This document shows positions 21,291 to 30,829 of a stretch of DNA of 64,000 nucleotides, piece by piece (position 1 is the stretch's first letter; the number at the start of each line of letters is the position of its first letter). Made by a program: the position numbers and the translations under genes. A model generated the notes under the pieces. The model did no database searches. It worked only from the letters and a program-made list of their open reading frames with translations, and was not told where the DNA came from. Source of the stretch: an uncultured Verrucomicrobiae bacterium (lineage in GTDB: Bacteria > Verrucomicrobiota > Verrucomicrobiia > Chthoniobacterales > UBA10450); contig CAWIBO010000005.1 in NCBI GenBank assembly GCA_963834385.1, positions 96,001 to 160,000 of the forward strand, written 5' to 3'.

Positions 21291-22637
21291 ATGAATCGTA
21301 TCTTCCTGCGCAGAATATGGATGGTCGCTCTGACCCTGCTTGTCCTGGGGGTCGCCCCGGGGCGCGTGCCTGCGGACGAGACCTGTTCCTCGCCTTATCT
21401 CGCCCGCATCGATGGGCAGGAAGAGTTTGTCTACGTCTGGACGTTGGGCGTCGAGGGTCTGGGCGATGGCTCGGACAAATTGGTGACCGTCGACGTCCGG
21501 CCGGGCTCGGAGACCTACGGAAAGGTGATTCATCAGCATTCCGTGGGCGGAAGGAACGAGGCGCACCACGGCGGGTTTACCGATGATCGCCGCCAGCTCT
21601 GGCTGGCCGGGCTGGAGAGCAGCCGGATTTTCATCTACGACGTCTACGGCGACCCGGCGAAACCGAAGTTCGTGCGGAGCATTGACGATCTGGCGGCGGC
21701 GAGCGGCGGGGCGATCGGACCGCATGGTGTGTATGCGCTCCCGGGACGCGTGTTGATCCCCTGTCTCTCCAACGCGAAGGAGAAGAACGGGCGGACGGCG
21801 CTGGTGGAATACGGGAACGACGGCAACTTCATCGCGACCCATTGGCTGCCGACAAAGGGATCAGCGGAAGGTCTGGCCGGGGCGGAGCATGCCGATGGCT
21901 ACGGTTATGACGCGCGGGTCCTGCCCCGCAAAAACCTGCTCCTGACCTCCTCTTTCACCGGCTGGAACAATTACACGCGGGATTTTGGCGCCCTGACGGC
22001 GGATGCGGCAGCGATGAAACAGTTCGGGAACACCATGGTGGCGTGGAATTTTCACACACGGAAACCGGAGAAGGTTTTCCATGTCCCCGGCGCGCCCCTT
22101 GAGATTCGCTGGGCCTGGGGGCGGGACCACAATTATGCCTTCACCGCGGCGGCGCTCACCTCCAGGCTCTGGCTGATCTATGAGGACAATAAGGGAGAAT
22201 GGCAGGCGAGCGAGACGGGCACGGTGGGAAACACGGAAACGGGCGTCCTGCCGGTCGACATCAGCCTGAGCGCCGATGACAAGACGCTCTTTGTCAGTTG
22301 TTTCGCCGACGGCAAATGCCGGGTTTACGATGTCTCCGATCCGCACCGGCCGAAACAGATCCTGGAGAAGGAGATCGGGCGCCAGGTCAACATGGTCTCG
22401 CAAAGCTGGGACGGGAAACGTCTCTACTTCACCAGTTCCGTCCTGGCGAGATGGGACAAGAAAGGGAAGGACAACGACCAGTTTCTGCGCGCCTACACCT
22501 GGAACGGGAAGGATCTGACGCCGACGTTTGCGCTTGATTTCAATGGTTTGAAGCTGGGCCGGCCCCACCACATGCTCTTTGGCGCGCGCAAGCTGGGCGC
22601 ACCGCGGCTGGACGCGAACGTGGCCTCGAACCAGTGA
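21291..22637 (+). CDS. mtoX: methanethiol oxidase (SBP56 family), periplasmic type
   Basis: Signal peptide then DETCSSPY; EAHHGGFTDDRR, SSFTGWNNY, PGAPLEIRW, PVDIS, WDKKG, GRPHHM resemble Hyphomicrobium MtoX as recalled; AAGGAG RBS. Confidence 0.85.
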   Translation: MNRIFLRRIWMVALTLLVLGVAPGRVPADETCSSPYLARIDGQEEFVYVWTLGVEGLGDGSDKLVTVDVRPGSETYGKVIHQHSVGGRNEAHHGGFTDDRRQLWLAGLESSRIFIYDVYGDPAKPKFVRSIDDLAAASGGAIGPHGVYALPGRVLIPCLSNAKEKNGRTALVEYGNDGNFIATHWLPTKGSAEGLAGAEHADGYGYDARVLPRKNLLLTSSFTGWNNYTRDFGALTADAAAMKQFGNTMVAWNFHTRKPEKVFHVPGAPLEIRWAWGRDHNYAFTAAALTSRLWLIYEDNKGEWQASETGTVGNTETGVLPVDISLSADDKTLFVSCFADGKCRVYDVSDPHRPKQILEKEIGRQVNMVSQSWDGKRLYFTSSVLARWDKKGKDNDQFLRAYTWNGKDLTPTFALDFNGLKLGRPHHMLFGARKLGAPRLDANVASNQ

Positions 22638-23329
22638 TTCTTTTTCCTCTATCCGCCCGGGCGGGCACGGTGGCCATGGGCCTGGCGCTCGCGCTGGGAG
22701 TCGCCGCCCAGGCCGGCGCGGAAGATGCGGGGAGCGGACGTCACCCGGATTTCGATTACGATCCGCCCTCGCCCGGTAGCTACGAACTTCCGGTGATCAA
22801 GACGGCCGCGGACGCTCCGTTGCGGGATGTCAGCAGCGCGCCGGTGCGGCTCCGGGAACTGACGGGCGGGCATGTCACCGTCCTGAGTTTCATCTACACG
22901 CGCTGCGGCGATGCGCGCGCCTGCCCCTACGCCTCGAGCGTTTTGAATGATCTGCACCAGGTCACCCGTGGCGATCCCGCGCTGGCCCGGAGCTTGCGCC
23001 TGCTTAGCGTCAGCTTTGATCCGGCGCACGATACCCCGGAACGCATGGCGGCCTACGGCGAGGCGGTGCGCGACGCCGGGGGCGGATGTGATTGGCGCTT
23101 CCTCACGCCGCGTTCCCTGGCCGATCTCCCCGGCCTGCTCATGGCCTACAATCAGAGCGTCAACAAAGCCACAGCCTCGCAACGGGCTGCCGGGCCGCTC
23201 TTTCACACCCTGCGCGTTTACCTCATCGACCGCGAACGCCGCATCCGAAACATCTACAGCTCGGGCACGCTCGACGGGCGCCTCCTCCTCTCCGACATCC
23301 GCACTCTTCTTCTCGAAGAGGTGCGGTAA
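22634..23329 (+). CDS. SCO1/SenC copper chaperone
   Basis: FIYTRCGDARACP, SVSFDPAHDTPE, HTLRVYLID; 4-nt overlap with mtoX. Confidence 0.9.
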   Translation: MILFPLSARAGTVAMGLALALGVAAQAGAEDAGSGRHPDFDYDPPSPGSYELPVIKTAADAPLRDVSSAPVRLRELTGGHVTVLSFIYTRCGDARACPYASSVLNDLHQVTRGDPALARSLRLLSVSFDPAHDTPERMAAYGEAVRDAGGGCDWRFLTPRSLADLPGLLMAYNQSVNKATASQRAAGPLFHTLRVYLIDRERRIRNIYSSGTLDGRLLLSDIRTLLLEEVR

Positions 23330-23689
23330 TCAGAGGTCGACGATTGCCTTGAACCCGCCCCAGGCCATGCGGGCGCAGTCGAACGGCAGCTTGCTCATGT
23401 CCATCATGCCCGCCATCCGCTTGTCTTCCCGGACGCACTTGTTCACCCGGTCGCGGTCACGGCGTGATTTATAACTGATGCAGGCGAAGACGATCGTCTC
23501 CCCGGCGCGCGGTTTGACCAGGCGGGGAAAGGGAAGGCCGACCGGCACCTTCAGGTCGTCGGCGACACACTCGCAATACTGCAGCGCGCCATGATCGCGG
23601 AAAATCTTCCCCGCTTTCCGGGCCAGCCGACGGTAGACCGGCAGGTTCTTTTTCAGGACGGGGAGAAGAAAGGCGTCGTAGTAGGCCAT
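23330..23689 (-). CDS. DUF1428 (YbaA) family protein
   Basis: YYDAFLLPV, HGALQYCECVADD, PFDCARMAWGGF. Confidence 0.85.
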   Translation of the reverse strand: MAYYDAFLLPVLKKNLPVYRRLARKAGKIFRDHGALQYCECVADDLKVPVGLPFPRLVKPRAGETIVFACISYKSRRDRDRVNKCVREDKRMAGMMDMSKLPFDCARMAWGGFKAIVDL

Positions 23690-23719
23690 CTCTCTTTCTG
23701 CGGGAAATTCGTGTGGCGG

Positions 23720-24400
23720 TCAATCGCGCCGGCGCGGTTCGCCCCAGCCGCCAGCGCCGCGATAGCTGCGAGCCCCAGTCAGGGCGAGCTGCTCGAGGCC
23801 GGGATCGAACTCGCGCGTCTTGCACCAGATCTTGAGCTCGTCGCCAAACCCGGCTTGGACGCAATCGTAACAGGCGGGAACCTCGTTTGCGTAACCGCCA
23901 TAAGTGGCGACGCGGGTCCCGAGGGGCCGACCGCCCAGTTGCGCGGCGAGATGCCGCGTGTAGCGGGAACGCAACCCCGGTTCGAGCGGAATTGTCCGGT
24001 CGATCACCGGGCCGCCAAATGAATGTTCCGTGAACGGATTGAAGAGATAGAACGCGTCGTAGTGGGAAAAATCGACCTCGAGCATGTTGGCGTGGCGGAA
24101 GGTGACGTTCTCCAGGCGGAGCTGGGTGGCTGTGGCCCGTGCGATCCTAATCAACTCTGCCCGTTGCTCGATTCCGGTGAAATGGCCGGCGGTGGACGCT
24201 GCCCCGGCGAGACAGAACTTGCCCGGGCCGCAGCCCACGTCGAGGACACGGCAGCCGGGGCGATCGACCAGCTCGCGCGCCGCCGCCGTGGCCACTTCCA
24301 GGGGAGTCCAAAAAGTCTTCGAGAGGGCGCGGAGATGTTCCGGATAGAGCGCATCGAACGATCGGTCGTCGACCGGAAAGGCTGTTTCCGTCGTGGTCAC
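23720..24400 (-). CDS. class I SAM-dependent methyltransferase
   Basis: FWTP, VLDVGCGPGKFC, GIEQR, YLFNPF; GTGA overlap with the ACMSD stop. Confidence 0.85.
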   Translation of the reverse strand: MTTTETAFPVDDRSFDALYPEHLRALSKTFWTPLEVATAAARELVDRPGCRVLDVGCGPGKFCLAGAASTAGHFTGIEQRAELIRIARATATQLRLENVTFRHANMLEVDFSHYDAFYLFNPFTEHSFGGPVIDRTIPLEPGLRSRYTRHLAAQLGGRPLGTRVATYGGYANEVPACYDCVQAGFGDELKIWCKTREFDPGLEQLALTGARSYRGAGGWGEPRRRD

Positions 24401-25449
24401 GGCAGACGAAGGAATTCGCGCACGGTCCCGGCGAGCAGTTGCTCCGCCGTGCCGGGCTCCAGGTCTCTCATCGACTCAATCAGCGCCCCCGGCCGTGCTT
24501 CGCCGAGCGGGAACGGGTAATCCGAGCCGAGGGCGATGCGTTCCGCGCCGAAAAGCTCCAGGAGCATGCGGAGCGCCCCGGCGTCGTGCACCAGCGAATC
24601 GACATAAAAGTGCGCCGGGCGAGAGACGCCCCCTACCTCCCGCCGCAGGTAGGAGCGGGGATTCACCTGGTTATCGACGGCAACAAGGTCGGGCCGCACG
24701 TGGAAGGCGTGCTCGAGCCGGCCGATGGTAAAAGGGAAGCCGCCGCCGCCGTGCGCGAAGGCGACGCGCAACTTCGGGAAACGCTCGAAGACGCCGCCGA
24801 ACATCATGCTGCAGATGGCGAGCGCGGTCTCGGCCGGCATCCCGACCAGCCAGGGCAGCCAGTAATTTGGCATGCGTTCCTTCCCGACCATGTCCCACGG
24901 GTGCACGAAGATGGCGGCGTCCAGCTCCTGCGCCGCGCTCCAGAAGACATCGAGGGCGCGATCATCCAGGTTGCGGCACCCGCCCGGATGGCAATGAACA
25001 TTGGCGTCGAGGTGCGACCCGATCTGTGCGCCCCGCAGGCCGAGTTCGCGCACGGCCCGCTCCAGTTCGCGCGCCGCCCGTTCCGGGTCCTGCAGCGGCA
25101 CCGTGGCCAGGCCGGCGAATTTTTCGGGGAATGCGCCGACGATTTCCGCGAGGTGATCGTTCAGGAAGCGCGCGAGATCAGCGGCGTCGTCTGGTTTGGC
25201 CCAGTAGGAGAACATCACCGGCACCGTCGACAGGACCTGCATGGCCACACCGGTTTCCTGCATCTCTTCGCAGCGCCGTTCCGGGTCCCACGCGTTCTCG
25301 CCGATCTCCCGGAAGAACCGGTCACCGATCATCATCCGCGCGCAGCACGGTTTGTGATGCTCGAGGCGGACGAACCCGGGATAGCCATAGCGGGCGTCGA
25401 GATCCGGCCATTCCCGCGGGAGAATGTGCGTATGGAGATCGATTTTCAC
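24397..25449 (-). CDS. nbaD: 2-amino-3-carboxymuconate-6-semialdehyde decarboxylase (ACMSD)
   Basis: IDLHTHILP, QVLSTVPVMFSYWA, FVHPWDM, WLVGMPAET, AHGGG, GSDYPFPLGE. Confidence 0.93.
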   Translation of the reverse strand: MKIDLHTHILPREWPDLDARYGYPGFVRLEHHKPCCARMMIGDRFFREIGENAWDPERRCEEMQETGVAMQVLSTVPVMFSYWAKPDDAADLARFLNDHLAEIVGAFPEKFAGLATVPLQDPERAARELERAVRELGLRGAQIGSHLDANVHCHPGGCRNLDDRALDVFWSAAQELDAAIFVHPWDMVGKERMPNYWLPWLVGMPAETALAICSMMFGGVFERFPKLRVAFAHGGGGFPFTIGRLEHAFHVRPDLVAVDNQVNPRSYLRREVGGVSRPAHFYVDSLVHDAGALRMLLELFGAERIALGSDYPFPLGEARPGALIESMRDLEPGTAEQLLAGTVREFLRLP

Positions 25450-25551
25450 GGGCCGAAAGAGCTATTTAGCCCGCCCGGACGGCATCGCACCAGAAGAGAA
25501 TATTGTCGGCGCTGGACAAGGCGCCCGGGGCCGGGCAGAGTGCCGCGCCCG

Positions 25552-25632
25552 ATGATCACTCGATCCGATTCCCAGCTCCAGCTTGCGGCCGGCACGGTCC
25601 GCCCGGGAATCGCCGGATACTGGCGTCGCTAA
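25552..25632 (+). CDS. putative trp leader peptide (26 aa)
   Basis: MITRSDSQLQLAAGTVRPGIAGYWRR*; the single TGG (25621-23) lies in the first hairpin arm. Confidence 0.55.
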   Translation: MITRSDSQLQLAAGTVRPGIAGYWRR

Positions 25633-25744
25633 CGCCAGCCCGCAGAGAAGCGTCCGTCCGCCTGGTGGACGCGAACCACTGCCCAGAGACCATCCGCCGC
25701 GGCCGGCCCGGCTGCGGGAACTGCAATCCTTTGTCCCGTTTTTT
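25620..25744 (+). promoter_or_regulatory. putative transcription attenuator
   Basis: Hairpin ctggcgt/acgccag; cccgcag (25639-45) pairs with ctgcggg (25712-18); competing cggga (25715-19)/tcccg (25734-38) stem followed by T6 (25739-44). Confidence 0.55.
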
Positions 25745-25748
25745 ACCC

Positions 25749-27041
25749 ATGTCATCCATTCCATCCTTATCCGCCGCCCTCGAGCTCGACAGCGCCGATC
25801 CGCTGGCCGGGTTTCGCGAGCGCTTTTATCTCCCGCCCGGCCAGATCTACCTCGACGGTAATTCGCTGGGCCTCCTTTCCCGCGAGGCCGAGCAAACGCT
25901 CATGGAGGTCTTCGGGAAATGGAAAACCGGCGGCATCAGCGGCTGGCTCGAGGGTGAGTCGCCCTGGTTCACCATGGCCGAGACCCTGGCCGCGCGCGTC
26001 GCTCCCCTCGTCGGCGCCGCGGCGGATGAGGTGGCCCTGGCCAATTCCATGACGATCAACCTGCACCAGCTCCTGGCCACGCTCTATCGCCCGGAGGCGC
26101 CGCGGAAGAAGGTGTTGATCGACGCGCACAGTTTTCCGACTGATCGCTACGCGCTCCGCAGTCATCTGCGTCTGCGCGGGCTCGACCCGGAAGAACACAT
26201 CGTGATCGCGCCGGCGGGCCGCTCGCGGTTCCTGGACGAGGATGAACTGGTGCGCGCGCTGGCGCAGCCCGGCCTGCAAATGGCCTTGTTGCCTTCCGTG
26301 GTTTACACCACCGGGCAGTTGCTCGATCTGCCGCGGCTTTGCCGGGTGGCCCGCGAGCACGACGTCATCATCGGGCTCGATCTCTCGCACTCTGTCGGCA
26401 TCCTGCCGCACGCACTGGATGAATGGGGCGCCGATTTTGCCGGGTGGGGCCACTATAAATGGTTGAACGCCGGGCCTGGCTCTGTCGCCGGCCTTTATCT
26501 GAACCGCCGGCATTTTGCCGCCAACGGCATGGTGGACGCCGGGCTGGCCGGCTGGTGGAGCGTGCACAAGGAAAGCATGTTCAACATGTCGGACGAATTT
26601 TTTCCGGGTCTCGGGGCTTCGGCGCTGCAGATCGGGACGCCGGCCCTGTTGAGCATGGCGCCCATCGGCGGCGCCTTGCGCCCGGTGGAGGAGGCCGGGA
26701 TCGAGCGGATCCGGGCCAAATCGATTGCGCTGACGGAGTTCATCATGTCGGCGGTCGAGCAGGAGCTTGCCGGGGAGGGTTTCCGTTTGGGGACGCCCCG
26801 CGAAGCAAAACGCCGGGGCGGTCATGTCTCCGTGCGGCATGAGCAGGCGCAGGCACTTTCGCTGGCCTTGCGTGAGCGCGGCGTTGTGCCCGATTTCCGC
26901 AAGCCGGATGTCATCCGTTTCGCGCCATCGCCGCTCTACAACACCTTTGCGGAATGCTGGGAAGCGATCGCGATCCTGAAAGAGATCGCGACCAGCGGGT
27001 CCCATGAGGCCTTCAGCGCCGCGCGCAGCCTGGTCACATGA
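25749..27041 (+). CDS. kynU: kynureninase
   Basis: DPLAGFRERF, IYLDGNSLGL, FPTDRY, DLSHSVG, YKWLNAGPG (PLP Lys), PDFRKPDVIRFAPSPLYN. Confidence 0.95.
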   Translation: MSSIPSLSAALELDSADPLAGFRERFYLPPGQIYLDGNSLGLLSREAEQTLMEVFGKWKTGGISGWLEGESPWFTMAETLAARVAPLVGAAADEVALANSMTINLHQLLATLYRPEAPRKKVLIDAHSFPTDRYALRSHLRLRGLDPEEHIVIAPAGRSRFLDEDELVRALAQPGLQMALLPSVVYTTGQLLDLPRLCRVAREHDVIIGLDLSHSVGILPHALDEWGADFAGWGHYKWLNAGPGSVAGLYLNRRHFAANGMVDAGLAGWWSVHKESMFNMSDEFFPGLGASALQIGTPALLSMAPIGGALRPVEEAGIERIRAKSIALTEFIMSAVEQELAGEGFRLGTPREAKRRGGHVSVRHEQAQALSLALRERGVVPDFRKPDVIRFAPSPLYNTFAECWEAIAILKEIATSGSHEAFSAARSLVT

Positions 27042-28150
27042 GCATGGAAAGCAAACGCCGGCCGGCCTGGCTGCTCCCGACACCGGCGCGCCGTGACGAA
27101 GGCGAAGCGGCGCTGCCGGTGCGATCGCTCCTGGTGCAGTTGATGCAGGGGAAGGACCTGTCGCGGGATGAGGCCGCCCTTCTTTTCGGCGCAGCCATGG
27201 ATGAACGGGCCAGCGACGCGCAGATCGGCGCGGCCTTGGTGGCGCTGGCCGTGAAAGGCGAGACGGTGGAGGAACTCACCGGCATGGCGGAAGCCATGCG
27301 GGCGCGCGCCGTCCGCATCCGGACGCGCCATGAACGGTTCGTCGATACCGCCGGGACGGGATCGAGTCATGCCAAGACGTTCAACGTCTCGACCGCGGCC
27401 GCCTTTGTCTGTTCCGGGGCGGGTCTGCCGGTGGCCAAGCATGGGAGCCGGGCCGCCACCAGCCTCTCGGGCAGCGCGGATGTTCTCGGCGAACTTGGGG
27501 TGAATGTGCAGACCGACGCGGCCACGGCCGCACGCTGTCTCGATGAGATCGGCATCTGTTTCCTTTTTGCGCCTCTTTATCACCGGGCCACCGCCCGCGT
27601 CGCCGGGATTCGGCGCGAACTCGGCGTGCACACCACCTTTAATCTTCTCGGTCCGCTGACCAACCCGGCGGGCGCCCCCTTCCAGGTCATCGGGGTCTGG
27701 CATGAAGCGCTGCTCGAGCCGCTGGCGCACACGCTCCTCGCCCTCGGGACAAAGCGCGCCTGGGTGGTCCATGGGCGCGACGGACTGGACGAGATCACCA
27801 CGAGCGGACCGACGTTGGTCGCGGAGGTTCGGGAGGGAACGGTCCAGCGCCGCACGGTAGTTCCGGCTGATTTTGGGCTGGCGACTTCTTCTTCCCTGGC
27901 GGAACTCCGCGGAGGCACTCCCCGTGACAACGCCGGGCTGATCCGCGCCGTTCTTGCGGGTCAGGACGGAGTGCGTGTCGAAGGGGCGCGCGACCTGATC
28001 GTGGCGAACGCGGCCGCGGCGCTTTTCGTGGGCGGCCACGCGGAAACACTCCCGGCGGCTGCTGAGCTCGCACGCGAAAGCATCCGCGCGGGCGCCGCCC
28101 TCACAAAGGTCGAACAATTAATTCAATGGACCGGGGGCAAGGCGTCATGA
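27038..28150 (+). CDS. trpD: anthranilate phosphoribosyltransferase
   Basis: DTAGTG, TFNVST, VAKHGSR, SGSAD, FNLLGPLTNP, DGLDE. Confidence 0.96.
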   Translation: MSMESKRRPAWLLPTPARRDEGEAALPVRSLLVQLMQGKDLSRDEAALLFGAAMDERASDAQIGAALVALAVKGETVEELTGMAEAMRARAVRIRTRHERFVDTAGTGSSHAKTFNVSTAAAFVCSGAGLPVAKHGSRAATSLSGSADVLGELGVNVQTDAATAARCLDEIGICFLFAPLYHRATARVAGIRRELGVHTTFNLLGPLTNPAGAPFQVIGVWHEALLEPLAHTLLALGTKRAWVVHGRDGLDEITTSGPTLVAEVREGTVQRRTVVPADFGLATSSSLAELRGGTPRDNAGLIRAVLAGQDGVRVEGARDLIVANAAAALFVGGHAETLPAAAELARESIRAGAALTKVEQLIQWTGGKAS

Positions 28151-28956
28151 GCGATTTTCTCTCCAAAATCCTGGCCGCGCGGCGGGCCCGCGTGGCGAGG
28201 GATTTTTCGCCCGCGGTGCGCCCCTCCTGGCGGGAAAGGGCTGCGTTCGCCCGGGCCCGGCGGGACCATTTCTGTTTGCGCACGGCCCTGGCGGCCAGCA
28301 CGGGCCTGATCGCCGAGTTCAAACGCCGTTCGCCTTCCCGCGGTTTGATCCGGCCGGAGGCCGACCCTGCCCTCGTCGCCGCGCAATATGCCGAGGGCGG
28401 CGCCTGTGCCGTCTCCGTCCTGACCGAGCCGGATTTTTTTCAGGGCTCGCTTGCCGATCTCAGGGCGGCACGCGAAGCGGTTTCCCTGCCGGTTTTGCGC
28501 AAGGATTTTATCGTCGATGAAGTGCAGATCGACGAGGCCGCGGTGGCGGGCGCGGAGGCGGTGCTCCTGATCGTGGCCGCACTGGGCGATGGGGAGCTCG
28601 AACGTTTCCGTCGCCGGGCCGAGGATGACCTTGGCCTGGATGCGCTGGTCGAGGTGCACACGCCGGAAGAGATGCGTCGCGCCGCCGGGAGCGGAGCCAG
28701 TCTGATCGGGGTAAACAACCGGAACCTGTCGACCTTTGCCGTCTCTCTCGACACCTCGGAGGAACTGGCGCTGCTCGCGCCCGAAGGATCCGTGCTCGTG
28801 AGCGAGAGCGGGATTCATGGCCGCGCCGACGTTGAACGCCTGCGTGCTCTCGGGTATCGCGGGTTCCTCGTCGGTGAAGCGCTCATGCGCTCCGATCATC
28901 CCGCGGCGCTCCTGCGATCTCTTGGCGGCGCGGTGAATGGGAGCGTGCACCGATGA
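28147..28956 (+). CDS. trpC: indole-3-glycerol phosphate synthase
   Basis: IAEFKRRSPSRG, SVLTEPDFFQGS, LRKDFI, GVNNRNL, VSESGI, LVGEALMR. Confidence 0.96.
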   Translation: MSDFLSKILAARRARVARDFSPAVRPSWRERAAFARARRDHFCLRTALAASTGLIAEFKRRSPSRGLIRPEADPALVAAQYAEGGACAVSVLTEPDFFQGSLADLRAAREAVSLPVLRKDFIVDEVQIDEAAVAGAEAVLLIVAALGDGELERFRRRAEDDLGLDALVEVHTPEEMRRAAGSGASLIGVNNRNLSTFAVSLDTSEELALLAPEGSVLVSESGIHGRADVERLRALGYRGFLVGEALMRSDHPAALLRSLGGAVNGSVHR

Positions 28957-29615
28957 GAACGGGCAAGGTGGGAGTAAAGGTTTGTGGCGTCACCACGGTT
29001 GAAGACGCCCTCATCTGCGGGGGCGCCGGCGTGGACTGGATCGGGTTGAACTTCTCGGCCACGAGCGTCCGGCAGGTGCCGCTGGACCGGGCACGGGACA
29101 TCACCCGGGCCGTGCGGGCGAAGCATGCCGGGATGCGTTTCATCGGCCTTTTCGTGAACCAACCGGCGGAGGAGATCGAAACGATCGTGAACACTCTCAT
29201 GCTCGACGGGGTGCAGTTGCACGGGCGCGAGACGCCCTCCGAGGTCGCCGCCATCCGCGCGCCGTGGGTGATCAAGGCGTTGCCTGTCGCCCCCGGCTTC
29301 AACCCGGAGTCTGTCCGGGCCTACCCTTGCGATGCGATCCTGCTCGACGCCTGGAGCCCGACCGCTGCCGGCGGCACGGGTGCGAGTTTCCCGTGGGAGA
29401 TCGCGGCCGCCGTTCGTCCCCTCGTCCGATGTTTGCTCCTGGCGGGCGGGCTCCACGACGGCAACGTTGCGCGCGCCATTGCCGCCGCGCGCCCCGACCT
29501 GGTCGATGTCTGCAGTGGCGTGGAATCAGCGCCGGGGCGCAAGGACGGCGAGAAGGTGCGCCGTTTTGTCGAGGAGACGCGCGCCGCGCTGCAACCGGAG
29601 GGAGTCGCGTCATGA
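28953..29615 (+). CDS. trpF: phosphoribosylanthranilate isomerase
   Basis: [37 protein letters not shown]. Confidence 0.95.
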   Translation: MRTGKVGVKVCGVTTVEDALICGGAGVDWIGLNFSATSVRQVPLDRARDITRAVRAKHAGMRFIGLFVNQPAEEIETIVNTLMLDGVQLHGRETPSEVAAIRAPWVIKALPVAPGFNPESVRAYPCDAILLDAWSPTAAGGTGASFPWEIAAAVRPLVRCLLLAGGLHDGNVARAIAAARPDLVDVCSGVESAPGRKDGEKVRRFVEETRAALQPEGVAS

Positions 29616-30829
29616 CAAAATTTCGTTCCGAGCCGGATGCGGCCGGCTTTTGGGGACCGTTCGGTGGTCGTTTTGTGGCGGAGACGCTGATGGCGCCATT
29701 GGAGGAACTGACAAAGGCGTTTCGCGAAGCGCAGGCGGATGCCGGGTTTCTGCGAGAACTCGATGGATTGCGGCGCGAATACACGGGGCGCCCGACCCCC
29801 CTGGGATTTGCCGCGCGCCTGACGGAGCACGCCGGAGGGGCGCGCATTTATCTCAAGCGGGAGGATCTGCTGCACACCGGGGCGCACAAGATCAACAACG
29901 CGCTCGGGCAGGGCCTGCTCGCGCGACGCATGGGAAAACGCCGGATTATCGCCGAGACCGGGGCGGGCCAGCATGGCGTGGCCACGGCGACCGTTTGTTC
30001 GCTGCTCGGTCTCGAGTGCGTCATTTACATGGGAGAAGAGGATGCGCGGCGCCAGGAACCGAATCTCCATCGCATGCGCCTCCTCGGGGCCGAGGTGCGC
30101 CTGGTTTCGCAGGGATCGCGCACGCTCAAGGATGCCATCAATGAGGCGTTGCGCGACTGGGTCACGCACGCCCGCGAGACTTACTATCTTTTGGGGAGCG
30201 CGCTCGGTCCGCATCCGTATCCGCTGATGGTGCGGGAGTTCCAGAAGGTGATCGGGCAGGAGACGCGGGCGCAGTTCCGGGCCCGCGTTCGGCGCAATCC
30301 GGATGCGCTCGTTGCCTGCGTCGGCGGCGGCTCCAACGCGATCGGATTCTTCCACGCTTTTCTCTCCGATACCGGCGTCCGCCTGCTCGGCGTCGAGGCC
30401 GGTGGAAAGGGGAGCGGGCTTGGAGAACATGCGGCCCGTTTCCGCAAGCGGGGCGGGGGACGCCCCGGCGTTTTGCACGGCACCCACAGTTACGTCCTGC
30501 AGGACAAGGCCGGGCAGATTGCGAGCACGCATTCGATCTCCGCCGGGCTCGATTATCCGGCGATCGGCCCGGAGCACGCCTTCCTGCGCGACCGGAAGCG
30601 CGTCGAGTATGTCGCCGTGGGTGACCGCGCCGCTCTTCAGGCCTTGGAACTTCTTGCCCGGCTGGAAGGAATCATTCCCGCGCTCGAATCGGCCCATGCG
30701 GTCGCGCAGGCTCTCCTGCTCGCGCCCACCATGTCGCGGCGCCAGGCCATCGTGGTCAATCTCTCCGGCCGGGGCGACAAGGATCTCGGCGCCCTCTCTG
30801 CGCCGCCGGTCAGGACGGGCCGGTTATGA
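29612..30829 (+). CDS. trpB: tryptophan synthase beta chain
   Basis: [52 protein letters not shown]. Confidence 0.98.
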   Translation: MTKFRSEPDAAGFWGPFGGRFVAETLMAPLEELTKAFREAQADAGFLRELDGLRREYTGRPTPLGFAARLTEHAGGARIYLKREDLLHTGAHKINNALGQGLLARRMGKRRIIAETGAGQHGVATATVCSLLGLECVIYMGEEDARRQEPNLHRMRLLGAEVRLVSQGSRTLKDAINEALRDWVTHARETYYLLGSALGPHPYPLMVREFQKVIGQETRAQFRARVRRNPDALVACVGGGSNAIGFFHAFLSDTGVRLLGVEAGGKGSGLGEHAARFRKRGGGRPGVLHGTHSYVLQDKAGQIASTHSISAGLDYPAIGPEHAFLRDRKRVEYVAVGDRAALQALELLARLEGIIPALESAHAVAQALLLAPTMSRRQAIVVNLSGRGDKDLGALSAPPVRTGRL

